From Eledone cirrhosa (taxonomy: Eukaryota), in contig OZ024740.1 of the NCBI GenBank assembly GCA_964016885.1, positions 436,542,001 through 436,606,000 on the forward strand: DNA of 64,000 nucleotides, written 5' to 3'. Under the pieces are notes generated by a model, which did not search any database, had not been told where the DNA came from, and saw only the letters and a program-made list of their open reading frames with translations. The translations under genes were made by a program, and so were the position numbers. Positions 51,901 to 64,000 of the stretch are shown here, piece after piece (position 1 is the stretch's first letter; each line of letters begins with the position of its first letter).

Positions 51901-54900
51901 GACTGGTTATAGAGTGTTGACTGGTTAGAGAGTGTTGTCTGGTTATAGAGTGTTGTCTGGTTATAGAGTGTTGTCTGGTTATAGAGTGTTGTCTGGTTAG
52001 AGAGTGTTGTCTTGTTATAGAGTGTTGTCTGGTTAGAGAGTGTTGACTGGTTATAGAGTGTTGACTGGTTATAGAGTGTTGTCTGGTTAGAGAGTGTTGT
52101 CTGGTTATAGAGTGTTGTCTGGTTATAGACTGTTGTCTGGTTAGAGAGTGATGTCTGATTAGAGAGTGTTGACTGGTTATAGAGTGTTGACTGGTTATAG
52201 AGTGTTGTCTGGTTAGAGAGTGTAGACTGGTTAGAGAGTGTTGACTGGTTATAGAGTGTTGTCTGGTTATAGAGTGTTGACTGGTTAGAGAGTGTTGACT
52301 GGTTATAGAGTGTTGACTGGTTATAGAGTGTTGACTGGTTATAGAGTGTTGTCTGGTTATAGAGTGTTGACTGGTTATAGAGTGTTGACTGGTTATAGTG
52401 TGTTGACTGTTTAGAGCGTGTTGACTGGTTAGAGAGTGTTGACTGGTTAGAGAGTGTTGAATGGTCATAGAGTGTTGACTGGTTATAGAGTGTTGACTGG
52501 TTAGAGAGTGTTGTCTGGTTAGAGAGTGTTGACTGGTTAGAAAGTGTTGACTGGTTATAGAGTGTTGTCTAGTTAGAGAGTGTTGACTGGTTACAGAGTG
52601 TTGACTGGTTATAGAGTGTTGACTGGTTATAGAGTGTTGTCTGGTTATAGAGTGTTGACTGGTTAGAGTGTGTTGTCTGGTTAGTGAGTGTTGACTGGTT
52701 ATAGAGTGTCGTCTGGTTATAGAGTGTTGACTGGTTAGAGAGTGTTGTCTGGTTAGAGAGTGTTGACTGGTTAGAGAGTGTTGACTGGTTATAGAGTGTT
52801 GACTGGCTATAGAGTGTTGTCTGGTTATAGAGTGTTGTCTGGTTATAGAGTGTTGACTGGTTACAGAGTGTCGTCTGGTTATAGAGTGTTGTCTGGTTAG
52901 AGAGTGTTGACTGGTTATAGAGTGTTGACTGGTTAGAGAGTGTTGACTGGTTAGAGATTGTTGACTGGTTATAGAGTGTTGTCTGGTTATAGAGTGTTAA
53001 CTGGTTATAGAGTGTTGTCTGGTTAGAGACTGTTGTCTGGTTAGAGAGTGTTGTCTGGTTAGAGAGTGTTGACTGGTTATAGAGTGTTGACTGGTTATAG
53101 AGTGTTGTCTGGTTATAGAGTGTTGACTGGTTATAGAGTGTTGATTGGTTATAGTGTGTTGACTGGTTATAGAGTGTTGACTAGTTAGTGAGTGTTGTCT
53201 GGTTATAGAGTGTTGTCTGGTTATAGAGTGTTGACTGGTTATAGAGTGTTGTCTGGTTATAGAGTGTTGACTGGTTATAGAGTGTTGACTGGTTATAGAG
53301 TGTTGTCTGGTTAGAGAGTGTTGACTGGTTATAGAGTGTTGTCTGGTTATAGAGTGTTGACTGGTTAGAGAGTGTTGACTGGTTATAGAGTGTTGTCTGG
53401 TTATAGAGTGTTGACTGGTTATAGAGTGTTGACTGGTTATAGAGTGTTGTCTGGTTAGAGAGTGTTGACTGGTTATAGAGTGTTGACTGGTTAGAGAGTG
53501 TTGTCTGGTTATAGAGTGTTGTCTGGTTATAGAGTGTTGTCTGGTTATAGAGTGTTGTCTGGTTAGAGAGTGTTGTCTTGTTATAGAGTGTTGTCTGGTT
53601 AGAGAGTGTTGACTGGTTATAGAGTGTTGACTGGTTATAGAGTGTTGTCTGGTTAGAGAGTGTTGTCTGGTTATAGAGTGTTGTCTGGTTATAGACTGTT
53701 GTCTGGTTAGAGAGTGATGTCTGATTAGAGAGTGTTGACTGGTTATAGAGTGTTGACTGGTTATAGAGTGTTGTCTGGTTAGAGAGTGTAGACTGGTTAG
53801 AGAGTGTTGACTGGTTATAGAGTGTTGTCTGGTTATAGAGTGTTGACTGGTTAGAGAGTGTTGACTGGTTATAGAGTGTTGACTGGTTATAGAGTGTTGA
53901 CTGGTTATAGAGTGTTGTCTGGTTATAGAGTGTTGACTGGTTATAGAGTGTTGACTGGTTATAGTGTGTTGACTGTTTAGAGCGTGTTGACTGGTTAGAG
54001 AGTGTTGACTGGTTAGAGAGTGTTGAATGGTCATAGAGTGTTGACTGGTTATAGAGTGTTGACTGGTTAGAGAGTGTTGTCTGGTTAGAGAGTGTTGTCT
54101 GGTTAGAGAGTGTTGACTGGTTAGAGAGTGTTGACTGGTTATAGAGTGTTGTCTAGTTAGAGAGTGTTGACTGGTTACAGAGTGTTGACTGGTTATAGAG
54201 TGTTGACTGGTTATAGAGTGTTGTCTGGTTATAGAGTGTTGACTGGTTAGAGCGTGTTGTCTGGTTAGTGAGTGTTGACTGGTTATAGAGTGTCGTCTGG
54301 TTATAGAGTGTTGACTGGTTAGAGAGTGTTGTCTGGTTAGAGAGTGTTGACTGGTTAGAGAGTGTTGACTGGTTATAGAGTGTTGACTGGCTATAGAGTG
54401 TTGTCTGGTTATAGAGTGTTGTCTGGTTATAGAGTGTTGTCTGGTTAGAGAGTGTTGTCTTGTTATAGAGTGTTGTCTGGTTAGAGAGTGTTGACTGGTT
54501 ATAGAGTGTTGACTGGTTATAGAGTGTTGTCTGGTTAGAGAGTGTTGTCTGGTTATAGAGTGTTGTCTGGTTATAGACTGTTGTCTGGTTAGAGAGTGAT
54601 GTCTGATTAGAGAGTGTTGACTGGTTATAGAGTGTTGACTGGTTATAGAGTGTTGTCTGGTTAGAGAGTGTAGACTGGTTAGAGAGTGTTGACTGGTTAT
54701 AGAGTGTTGTCTGGTTATAGAGTGTTGACTGGTTAGAGAGTGTTGACTGGTTATAGAGTGTTGACTGGTTATAGAGTGTTGACTGGTTATAGAGTGTTGT
54801 CTGGTTATAGAGTGTTGACTGGTTATAGAGTGTTGACTGGTTATAGTGTGTTGACTGTTTAGAGCGTGTTGACTGGTTAGAGAGTGTTGACTGGTTAGAG

Positions 54901-57900
54901 AGTGTTGAATGGTCATAGAGTGTTGACTGGTTATAGAGTGTTGACTGGTTAGAGAGTGTTGTCTGGTTAGAGAGTGTTGACTGGTTAGAGAGTGTTGACT
55001 GGTTATAGAGTGTTGTCTAGTTAGAGAGTGTTGACTGGTTACAGAGTGTTGACTGGTTATAGAGTGTTGACTGGTTATAGAGTGTTGTCTGGTTATAGAG
55101 TGTTGACTGGTTAGAGTGTGTTGTCTGGTTAGTGAGTGTTGACTGGTTATAGAGTGTCGTCTGGTTATAGAGTGTTGACTGGTTAGAGAGTGTTGTCTGG
55201 TTAGAGAGTGTTGACTGGTTAGAGAGTGTTGACTGGTTATAGAGTGTTGACTGGCTATAGAGTGTTGTCTGGTTATAGAGTGTTGTCTGGTTATAGAGTG
55301 TTGACTGGTTACAGAGTGTCGTCTGGTTATAGAGTGTTGTCTGGTTAGAGAGTGTTGACTGGTTATAGAGTGTTGACTGGTTAGAGAGTGTTGACTGGTT
55401 AGAGATTGTTGACTGGTTATAGAGTGTTGTCTGGTTATAGAGTGTTAACTGGTTATAGAGTGTTGTCTGGTTAGAGAGTGTTGACTGGTTATAGAGTGTT
55501 GTCTCGTTAGAGAGTGTAGACTGGTTAGAGGGTGTTGACTGGTTATAGAGTGTTGTCTGGTTATAGAGTGTTGACTGGTTAGAGAGTGTTGACTGGTTAT
55601 AGAGTGTTGACTGGTTATAGAGTGTTGACTGGTTATAGAGTGTTGTCTGGTTATAGAGTGTTGACTGGTTATAGAGTGTTGACTGGTTATAGAGTGTTGT
55701 CTGGTTATAGAGTGTTGACTGTTTAGAGCGTGTTGACTGGTTAGAGAGTGTTGACTGGTTAGAGAGTGTTGAATGGTCATAGAGTGTTGACTGGTTATAG
55801 AGTGTTGACTGGTTAGAGAGTGTTGTCTGGTTAGAGACTGTTGACTGGTTAGAGAGTGTTGACTGGTTATAGAGTGTTGTCTAGTTAGAGAGTGTTGACT
55901 GGTTACAGAGTGTTGACTGGTTATAGAGTGTTGACTGGTTATAGAGTGTTGTATGGTTATAGAGTGTTGACTGGTTAGAGAGTGTTGTCTGGTTAGTTAG
56001 TGTTGACTTGTTATAGAGTGTCGTCTGGTTATAGAGTGTGGACTGGTTAGAGAGTGTTGTCTGGTTAGAGAGTGTTGACTGGTTAGAGAGTGTTGACTGG
56101 TTATAGAGTGTTGACTGGCTATAGAGTGTTGTCTGGTTATAGAGTGTTGTCTGGTTATAGAGTGTTGACTGGTTACAGAGTGTCGTCTGGTTATAGAGTG
56201 TTGTCTGGTTAGAGAGTTTTGTCTGGTTATAGAGTGTTGACTGGTTATAGAGTGTTGACTGGTTATAGAGTGTTGACCGGTTATAGAGTGTTGATTGTTT
56301 AGAGCGTGTTGACTGGTTAGAGAGTGTTGACTGGTTAGAGAGTGTTGAATGGTTAGAGAGTGTTGACTGGTTATAGGGTGTTGACTGGTTATAGAGTGTT
56401 GACTGGTTAGAGAGTGTTGTCTGGTTATAGAGTGTTGACTGGTTAGAGAGTGTTGACTGGTTATAGAGTGTTGTCTAGTTAGAGAGTGTTGACTGGTTAC
56501 AGGGTGTTGACTGGTTATAGAGTGTTGACTGGTTATAGAGTGTTGTCTGGTTATAGAGTGTTGACTGGTTATAGAGTGTTGACTGGTTAGAGAGTGTTGT
56601 CTGGTTATAGAGTGTTGACTGGTTATAGAGTGTTGTCTGGTTATAGAGTGTTGACTGGTTAGAGAGTGTTGTCTGGTTAGAGAGTGTTGACTGGTTAGAG
56701 AGTGTTGACTGGTTATAGAGTGTTGACTGGCTATAGAGTGTTGTCTGGTTATAGAGTGTTGTCTGGTTATAGAGTGTTGACTGGTTACAGAGTGTCGTCT
56801 GGTTATAGAGTGTTGTCTGGTTAGAGAGTGATGACTGGTTATAGAGTGTTGACTGGTTAGAGAGTGTTGACTGGTTAGAGAGTGTTGACTGGTTATAGAG
56901 TGTTGTCTGGTTATAGAGTGTTGACTGGTTATAGAGTGTTGTCTGGTTATAGAGTGTTGACTGGTTATAGAGTGTTGACTGGTTATAGAGTGTTGTCTGG
57001 TTAGAGAGTGTTAACTGGTTATAGAGTGTTGTCTGGTTATAGAGTGTTGACTGGTTAGAGAGTGTTGACTGGTTATAGAGTGTTGTCTGGTTATAGAGTG
57101 TTGACTGGTTATAGAGTGTTGACTGGTTATAGAGTGTTGTCTGGTTAGAGAGTGTTGACTGGTTATAGAGTGTTGACTGGTTAGAGAGTGTTGTCTGGTT
57201 ATAGAGTGTTGTCTGGTTATAGAGTGTTGTCTGGTTATAGAGTGTTGTCTGGTTAGAGAGTGTTGTCTGGTTATAGAGTGTTGTCTGGTTAGAGAGTGTT
57301 GACTGGTTATAGAGTGTTGACTGGTTATAGAGTGTTGTCTGGTTAGAGAGTGTTGTCTGGTTATAGAGTGTTGTCTGGTTATAGACTGTTGTCTGGTTAG
57401 AGAGTGTTGTCTGATTAGAGAGTGTTGACTGGTTATAGAGTGTTGACTGGTTATAGAGTGTTGTCTGGTTAGAGAGTGTAGACTGGTTAGAGAGTGTTGA
57501 CTGGTTATAGAGTGTTGTCTGGTTATAGAGTGTTGACTGGTTAGAGAGTGTTGACTGGTTATAGAGTGTTGACTGGTTATAGAGTGTTGACTGGTTATAG
57601 AGTGTTGTCTGGTTATAGAGTGTTGACTGGTTATAGAGTGTTGACGGGTTATAGAGTGTTGACTGTTTAGAGCGTGTTGACTGGTTAGAGAGTGTTGACT
57701 GGTTAGAGAGTGTTGAATGGTCATAGAGTGTTGACTGGTTATAGAGTGTTGACTGGTTAGAGAGTGTTGTCTGGTTAGAGAGTGTTGACTGGTTAGAGAG
57801 TGTTGACTGGTTATAGAGTGTTGTCTAGTTAGAGAGTGTTGACAGGTTACAGAGTGTTGACTGGTTATAGAGTGTTGACTGGTTATAGAGTGTTGTCTGG

Positions 57901-60900
57901 TTATAGAGTGTTGACTGGTTAGAGTGTGTTGTCTGGTTAGTGAGTGTTGACTGGTTATAGAGTGTCGTCTGGTTATAGAGTGTTGACTGGTTAGAGAGTG
58001 TTGTCTGGTTAGAGAGTGTTGACTGGTTAGAGAGTGTTGACTGGTTATAGAGTGTTGACTGGCTATAGAGTGTTGTCTGGTTATAGAGTGTTGTCTGGTT
58101 ATAGAGTGTTGACTGGTTACAGAGTGTCGTCTGGTTATAGAGTGTTGTCTGGTTAGAGAGTGTTGACTGGTTATAGAGTGTTGACTGGTTAGAGAGTGTC
58201 GACTGGTTAGAGAGTGTTGACTGGTTATAGAGTGTTGTCTGGTTATAGAGTGTTGACTGGTTATAGAGTGTTGTCTGGTTAGAGAGTGTTGACTGGTTAT
58301 AGAGTGTTGTCTGGTTATAGAGTTTTGTCTGGTTATAGAGTGTTGACTGGTTATAGAGTGTCGTCTGTTTATAGAGTGTTGTCTGGTTATAGAGTGTTGA
58401 CTGGTTGTAGAGTGTTGTCTGGTTATAGAGTGTTGATTGGTTATAGAGTGTTGACTGGTTAGAGAGTGTTGTCTGGTTATAGAGTGTTGACTGGTTATAG
58501 AGTGTTGTCTGGTTAGAGAGTGTTGATTGGTTATAGTGTGTTGACTGGTTAGAGAGTGTTGTCTGGTCAGAGAGTGTTGTCTGGTTAGAGAGTGTTGACT
58601 GGTTATAGAGTGTTGTCTGGTTATAGAGTGTTGACTGGTTATAGAGTGTTGATTGGTTATAGTGTGTTGACTGGTTATAGAGTGTTGACTGGTTAGAGAG
58701 TGTTGCCTGGTTATAGAGTGTTGTCTGGTTATAGAGTGTTGACTGGTTATAGAGTGTTGTCTGGTTATAGAGTGTTGACTGGTTATAGAGTGTTGACTGG
58801 TTATAGAGTGTTGTCTGGTTAGAGAGTGTTGACTGGTTATAGAGTGTTGTCTGGTTATAGAGTGTTGACTGGTTAGAGAGTGTTGACTGGTTATAGAGTG
58901 TTGTCTGGTTATAGAGTGTTGACTGGTTATAGAGTGTTGACTGGTTATAGAGTGTTGTCTGGTTAGAGAGTGTTGACTGGTTATAGAGTGTTGACTGGTT
59001 AGAGAGTGTTGTCTGGTTATAGAGTGTTGTCTGGTTATAGAGTGTTGACTGGTTATAGAGTGTTGTCTGGTTAGAGAGTGTTGTCTGGTTAGAGAGTGTT
59101 GACTGGTTATAGAGTGTTGACTGGTTAGAGAGTGTTGTCTGGTTAGAGAGTGTTGACTGGTTATAGAGTGTTGTCTGGTTATAGAGTGTTGACTGGTTAG
59201 AGAGTGTTGTCTGGTTAGAGAGTGTTGACTGGTTAGAGAGTGTTGACTGGTTATAGAGTGTTGTCTGGTTATAGAGTGTTGACTGGTTATAGAGTGTTGA
59301 CTGGTTATAGAATGTTGTCTGGTTATAGAGTGTTGACTGGTTAGAGAGTGTTGTCTGGTTAGAGAGTGTTGTCTGGTTAGAGAGTGTTGACTGGTTAGAG
59401 AGTGTTGTCTGGTTATAGAGTGTTGACTGGTTATAGAGTGTTGTCTGGTTAGAGAGTGTTGTCTGGTTATAGAGTGTTGTCTGGTTAGAGAGTGTTGTCT
59501 GGTTATAGAGTGTTGACTGGTTATAGAATGTTGTCTGGTTATAGAGTGTTGACTGGTTAGAGAGTGTTGTCTGGTTATAGAGTGTTGTCTGGTTAGAGAG
59601 TGTTGTCTGGTTATAGAGTGTTGACTGGTTATAGAGTGTTGTCTGGTTATAGAGTGTTGACTGGTTATAGAGTGTTGACTGGTTAGAGAGTGTTGTCTGG
59701 TTAGAGAGTGTTGTCTGGTTAGAGAGTGTTGACTGGTTAGAGAGTGTTGTCTGGTTATAGAGTGTTGACTGGTTATAGAGTGTTGTCTGGTTAGAGAGTG
59801 TTGTCTGGTTATAGAGTGTTGTCTGGTTATAGAGTGTCGTCTGGTTAGAGAGTGTTGTCTGGTTAGAGAGTGTTGTCTGGTTAGAGAGTGTTGACTGGTT
59901 AGAGAGTGTTGACTGGTTAGAGAGTGTTGTCTGGTTAGAGAGTGTTGTCTGGTTAGAGAGTGTTGACTGGTTAGAGAGTGTTGACTGGTTATAGAGTGTT
60001 GTCTGGTTATAGAGTGTTGACTGGTTATAGAGTGTTGTCTGGTTATAGAGTGTTGTCTGGTTATAGAGTGTTGTCTGGTTATAGGGTGTTGACTGGTTAT
60101 AGAGTGTTGACTGGTTATAGAGTGTTGACTGGTTATAGAGTGTTGTCTGGTTATAGAGTGTCGACTGGTTATAGAGTGTTGTCTGGTTATAGGGTGTTGG
60201 CTGGTTATAGAGTGTTGACTGGTTATAGAGTGTTGATTGGTTACAGAGTGTTGTCTGGTTATAGAGTGTTGACTGGTTAGAGAGTGTTGTCTGGTTGTAG
60301 AGTGTTGACTGGTTATAGAGTGTTTTCTGATTATAGAGTGTTGTCTGGTTATAGAGTGTTGTCTGGTTATAGAGTGTTGTCTGGTTAGAGAGTGTTGACT
60401 GGTTAGAGAGTGTTGACTGGTTATAGAGTGTTGTCTGGTTATAGAGTGTTGACTGTTTAGAGCGTGTTCACTGGTTAGAGAGTGTTGACTGGTTAGAGAG
60501 TGTTGAATGGTTAGAGAGTGTTGACTGGTTATAGAGTGTTGACTGGTTACAGAGTGTTGACTGGTTATAGAGTGTTGACTGGTTATAGAGTGTTGTCTGG
60601 TTATAGAGTGTTGACTGGTTATAGAGTGTTGACTGGTTAGAGAGTGTTGTCTGGTTATAGAGTGTTGACTGGTTATAGAGTGTTGTCTGGTTATAGAGTG
60701 TTGACTGGTTAGAGAGTGTTGTCTGGTTAGAGAGTGTTGACTGGTTAGAGAGTGTTGACTGGTAATAGAGTGTTGACTGGCTATAGAGTGTTGTCTGGTT
60801 ATAGAGTGTTGTCTGGTTATAGAGTGTTGACTGGTTACAGAGTGTCGTCTGGTTATAGAGTGTTGTCTGGTTAGAGAGTGATGACTGTTTATAGAGTGTT

Positions 60901-63900
60901 GACTGGTTAGAGAGTGTTGACTGTTTAGAGAGTGTTGACTGGTTATAGAGTGTTGTCTGGTTATAGAGTGTTGACTGGTTATAGAGTGTTGTCTGGTTAG
61001 AGAGTGTTGACTGGTTATAGAGAGTTGTCTGGTTATAGAGTTTTGTCTGGTTATAGAGTGTTGTCTGGTTATAGACTGTTGTCTGGTTAGATGGTGGTGT
61101 CTGGTTAGAGAGCGTTGACTGGTTATAGAGTGTCGACTGGTTATAGAGTGTTGACTGGTTGTAGAGTGTTGTCTGGTTATAGAGTGTTGATTGGTTATAG
61201 AGTGTTGACTGGTTAGAGAGTGTTGTCTGGTTATAGAGTGTTGACTGGTTATAGAGTGTTGTCTGGTTAGAGAGTGTTGATTGGTTATAGTGTGTTGACT
61301 GGTTACAGACTGTTGTCTGGTTAGAGAGTGTTTTTTGGTTAGAGAGTGTTGACTGGTTATAGAGTGTTGACTGGTTATAGAGTGTTGTCTGGTTATAGAG
61401 TGTTGACTGGTTATAGAGTGTTGATTGGTTATAGTGTGTTGACTGGTTATAGAGTGTTGACTAGTTAGTGAGTGTTGTCTGGTTATAGAGTGTTGTCTGG
61501 TTATAGAGTGTTGACTGGTTATAGAGTGTTGTCTGGTTATAGAGTGTTGACTGGTTATAGAGTGTTGACTGGTTATAGAGTGTTGTCTGGTTAGAGAGTG
61601 TTGACTGGTTATAGAGTGTTGTCTGGTTATAGAGTGTTGACTGGTTAGAGAGTGTTGACTGGTTATAGAGTGTTGTCTGATTATAGAGCGTTGACTGGTT
61701 ATAGAGTGTTGACTGGTTATAGAGTGTTGTCTGGTTAGAGAGTGTTGACTGGTTATAGAGTGTTGACTGGTTAGAGAGTGTTGTCTGGTTATAGAGTGTT
61801 GTCTGGTTATAGAGTGTTGTCTGGTTATAGAGTGTTGTCTGGTTAGAGAGTGTTGTCTGGTTATAGAGTGTTGTCTGGTTAGAGAGTGTTGACTGGTTAT
61901 AGAGTGTTGACTGGTTATAGAGTGTTGTCTGGTTAGAGAGTGTTGTCTGGTTATAGAGTGTTGTCTGGTTATAGACTGTTGTCTGGTTAGAGAGTGTTGT
62001 CTGATTAGAGAGTGTTGACTGGTTATAGAGTGTTGACTGGTTATAGAGTGTTGTCTGGTTAGAGAGTGTAGACTGGTTAGAGAGTGTTGACTGGTTATAG
62101 AGTGTTGTCTGGTTATAGAGTGTTGACTGGTTAGAGAGTGTTGACTGGTTATAGAGTGTTGACTGGTTATAGAGTGTTGACTGGTTATAGAGTGTTGTCT
62201 GGTTAGAGAGTGTTGTCTGGTTAGAGAGTGTTGACTGGTTAGAGAGTGTTGACTGGTTATAGAGTGTTGACTGGCTATAGAGTGTTGTCTGGTTATAGAG
62301 TGTTGTCTGGTTATAGAGTGTTGACTGGTTATAGAGTGTTGTCTGGTTATAGAGTGTTGACTGGTTATAGAGTGTTGACTGGTTATAGAGTGTTGTCTGG
62401 TTAGAGAGTGTTGACTGGTTATAGAGTGTTGTCTGGTTATAGAGTGTTGACTGGTTAGAGAGTGTTGACTGGTTATAGAGTGTTGTCTGGTTATAGAGCG
62501 TTGACTGGTTAGAGAGTGTTGACTGGTTATAGAGTGTTGTCTGGTTAGAGAGTGTTGACTGGTTATAGAGTGTTGACTGGTTAGAGAGTGTTGTCTGGTT
62601 ATAGAGTGTTGTCTGGTTATAGAGTGTTGTCTGGTTATAGAGTGTTGTCTGGTTAGAGAGTGTTGTCTGGTTATAGAGTGTTGTCTGGTTAGAGAGTGTT
62701 GACTGGTTATAGAGTGTTGACTGGTTATAGAGTGTTGTCTGGTTAGAGAGTGTTGTCTGGTTATAGAGTGTTGTCTGGTTATAGACTGTTGTCTGGTTAG
62801 AGAGTGTTGTCTGATTAGAGAGTGTTGACTGGTTATAGAGTGTTGACTGGTTATAGAGTGTTGTCTGGTTAGAGAGTGTAGACTGGTTAGAGAGTGTTGA
62901 CTGGTTATAGAGTGTTGTCTGGTTATAGAATGTTGACTGGTTAGAGAGTGTTGACTGGTTATAGAGTGTTGACTGGTTATAGAGTGTTGACTTGTTATAG
63001 AGTGTTGTCTGGTTAGAGGGTGTTGTCTGGTTAGAGAGTGTTGACTGGTTAGAGAGTGTTGACTGGTTATAGAGTGTTGACTGGCTATAGAGTGTTGTCT
63101 GGTTATAGAGTGTTGTCTGGTTATAGAGTGTTGACTGGTTACAGAGTGTCGTCTGGTTATAGAGTGTTGTCTGGTTAGAGAGTGTTGTCTGGTTAGAGAG
63201 TGTTGACTGGTTATAGAGTGTTGACTGGTTATAGAGTGTTGTCTGGTTAGAGAGTGTTGTCTGGTTATAGAGTGTTGTCTGGTTATAGACTGTTGTCTGG
63301 TTAGAGAGTGATGTCTGATTAGAGAGTGTTGACTGGTTATAGAGTGTTGACTGGTTATAGAGTGTTGTCTGGTTAGAGAGTGTAGACTGGTTAGAGAGTG
63401 TTGACTGGTTATAGAGTGTTGTCTGGTTATAGAGTGTTGACTGGTTAGAGAGTGTTGACTGGTTATAGAGTGTTGACTGGTTATAGAGTGTTGACTGGTT
63501 ATAGAGTGTTGTCTGGTTATAGAGTGTTGACTGGTTATAGAGTGTTGACTGGTTATAGTGTGTTGACTGTTTAGAGCGTGTTGACTGGTTAGAGAGTGTT
63601 GACTGGTTAGAGAGTGTTGAATGGTCATAGAGTGTTGACTGGTTATAGAGTGTTGACTGGTTAGAGAGTGTTGTCTGGTTAGAGAGTGTTGACTGGTTAG
63701 AGAGTGTTGACTGGTTATAGAGTGTTGTCTAGTTAGAGAGTGTTGACTGGTTACAGAGTGTTGACTGGTTATAGAGTGTTGACTGGTTATAGAGTGTTGT
63801 CTGGTTATAGAGTGTTGACTGGTTAGAGTGTGTTGTCTGGTTAGTGAGTGTTGACTGGTTATAGAGTGTCGTCTGGTTATAGAGTGTTGACTGGTTAGAG

Positions 63901-64000
63901 AGTGTTGTCTGGTTAGAGAGTGTTGACTGGTTAGAGAGTGTTGACTGGTTATAGAGTGTTGACTGGCTATAGAGTGTTGTCTGGTTATAGAGTGTTGTCT
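36939..64000. repeat. 18-bp satellite, ~1500 monomers, runs off the window end
   Basis: Monomer gagtgttg(a/t)ctggtta(t/g)a, with higher-order duplications marked by shared rare variants. Confidence 0.99.

Noticed and set aside
44978-63628. Giant ORFs (2496, 639, 2205 aa) of (S/R)QHS(I/L)T repeats, and GYRVL(S/T) ORFs on the plus strand
   Set aside because: An 18-bp monomer lacking a stop in that frame yields long ORFs automatically. Starts and stops are sporadic variants, the common variants are non-synonymous, and there is no unique N- or C-terminal domain.

Overview
Gene-free, repeat-dense eukaryotic DNA, most likely cephalopod (Octopus-like, inferred from the SINE, RTE and Helitron families and the abundant (TA)n). 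No host protein-coding gene is supported. Positions 1-37 kb are a mosaic of decayed mobile elements: a Naiad-type Penelope-like element (RT + GIY-YIG), RTE LINE ends, a near full-length Tx1/L1 LINE with a tandem truncated copy, R4/Dong-like and Vingi-like LINE ends, Meta-domain SINEs, two non-autonomous Helitrons, MITEs and minisatellites. Positions 36.9-64 kb are an 18-bp satellite whose huge ORFs are artefacts. The most notable signal is a set of type I hammerhead ribozymes (5.2, 28.2, 29.1, 32.2 kb) sharing an unusual stem II, an upstream hairpin and a downstream AATAAA. Two of them lie in a ~2-kb non-coding element with Penelope-style direct and inverted pseudo-LTR architecture inserted in (TA)n: a candidate non-autonomous, ribozyme-bearing retroelement family. 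All alignments and folds were done by eye.
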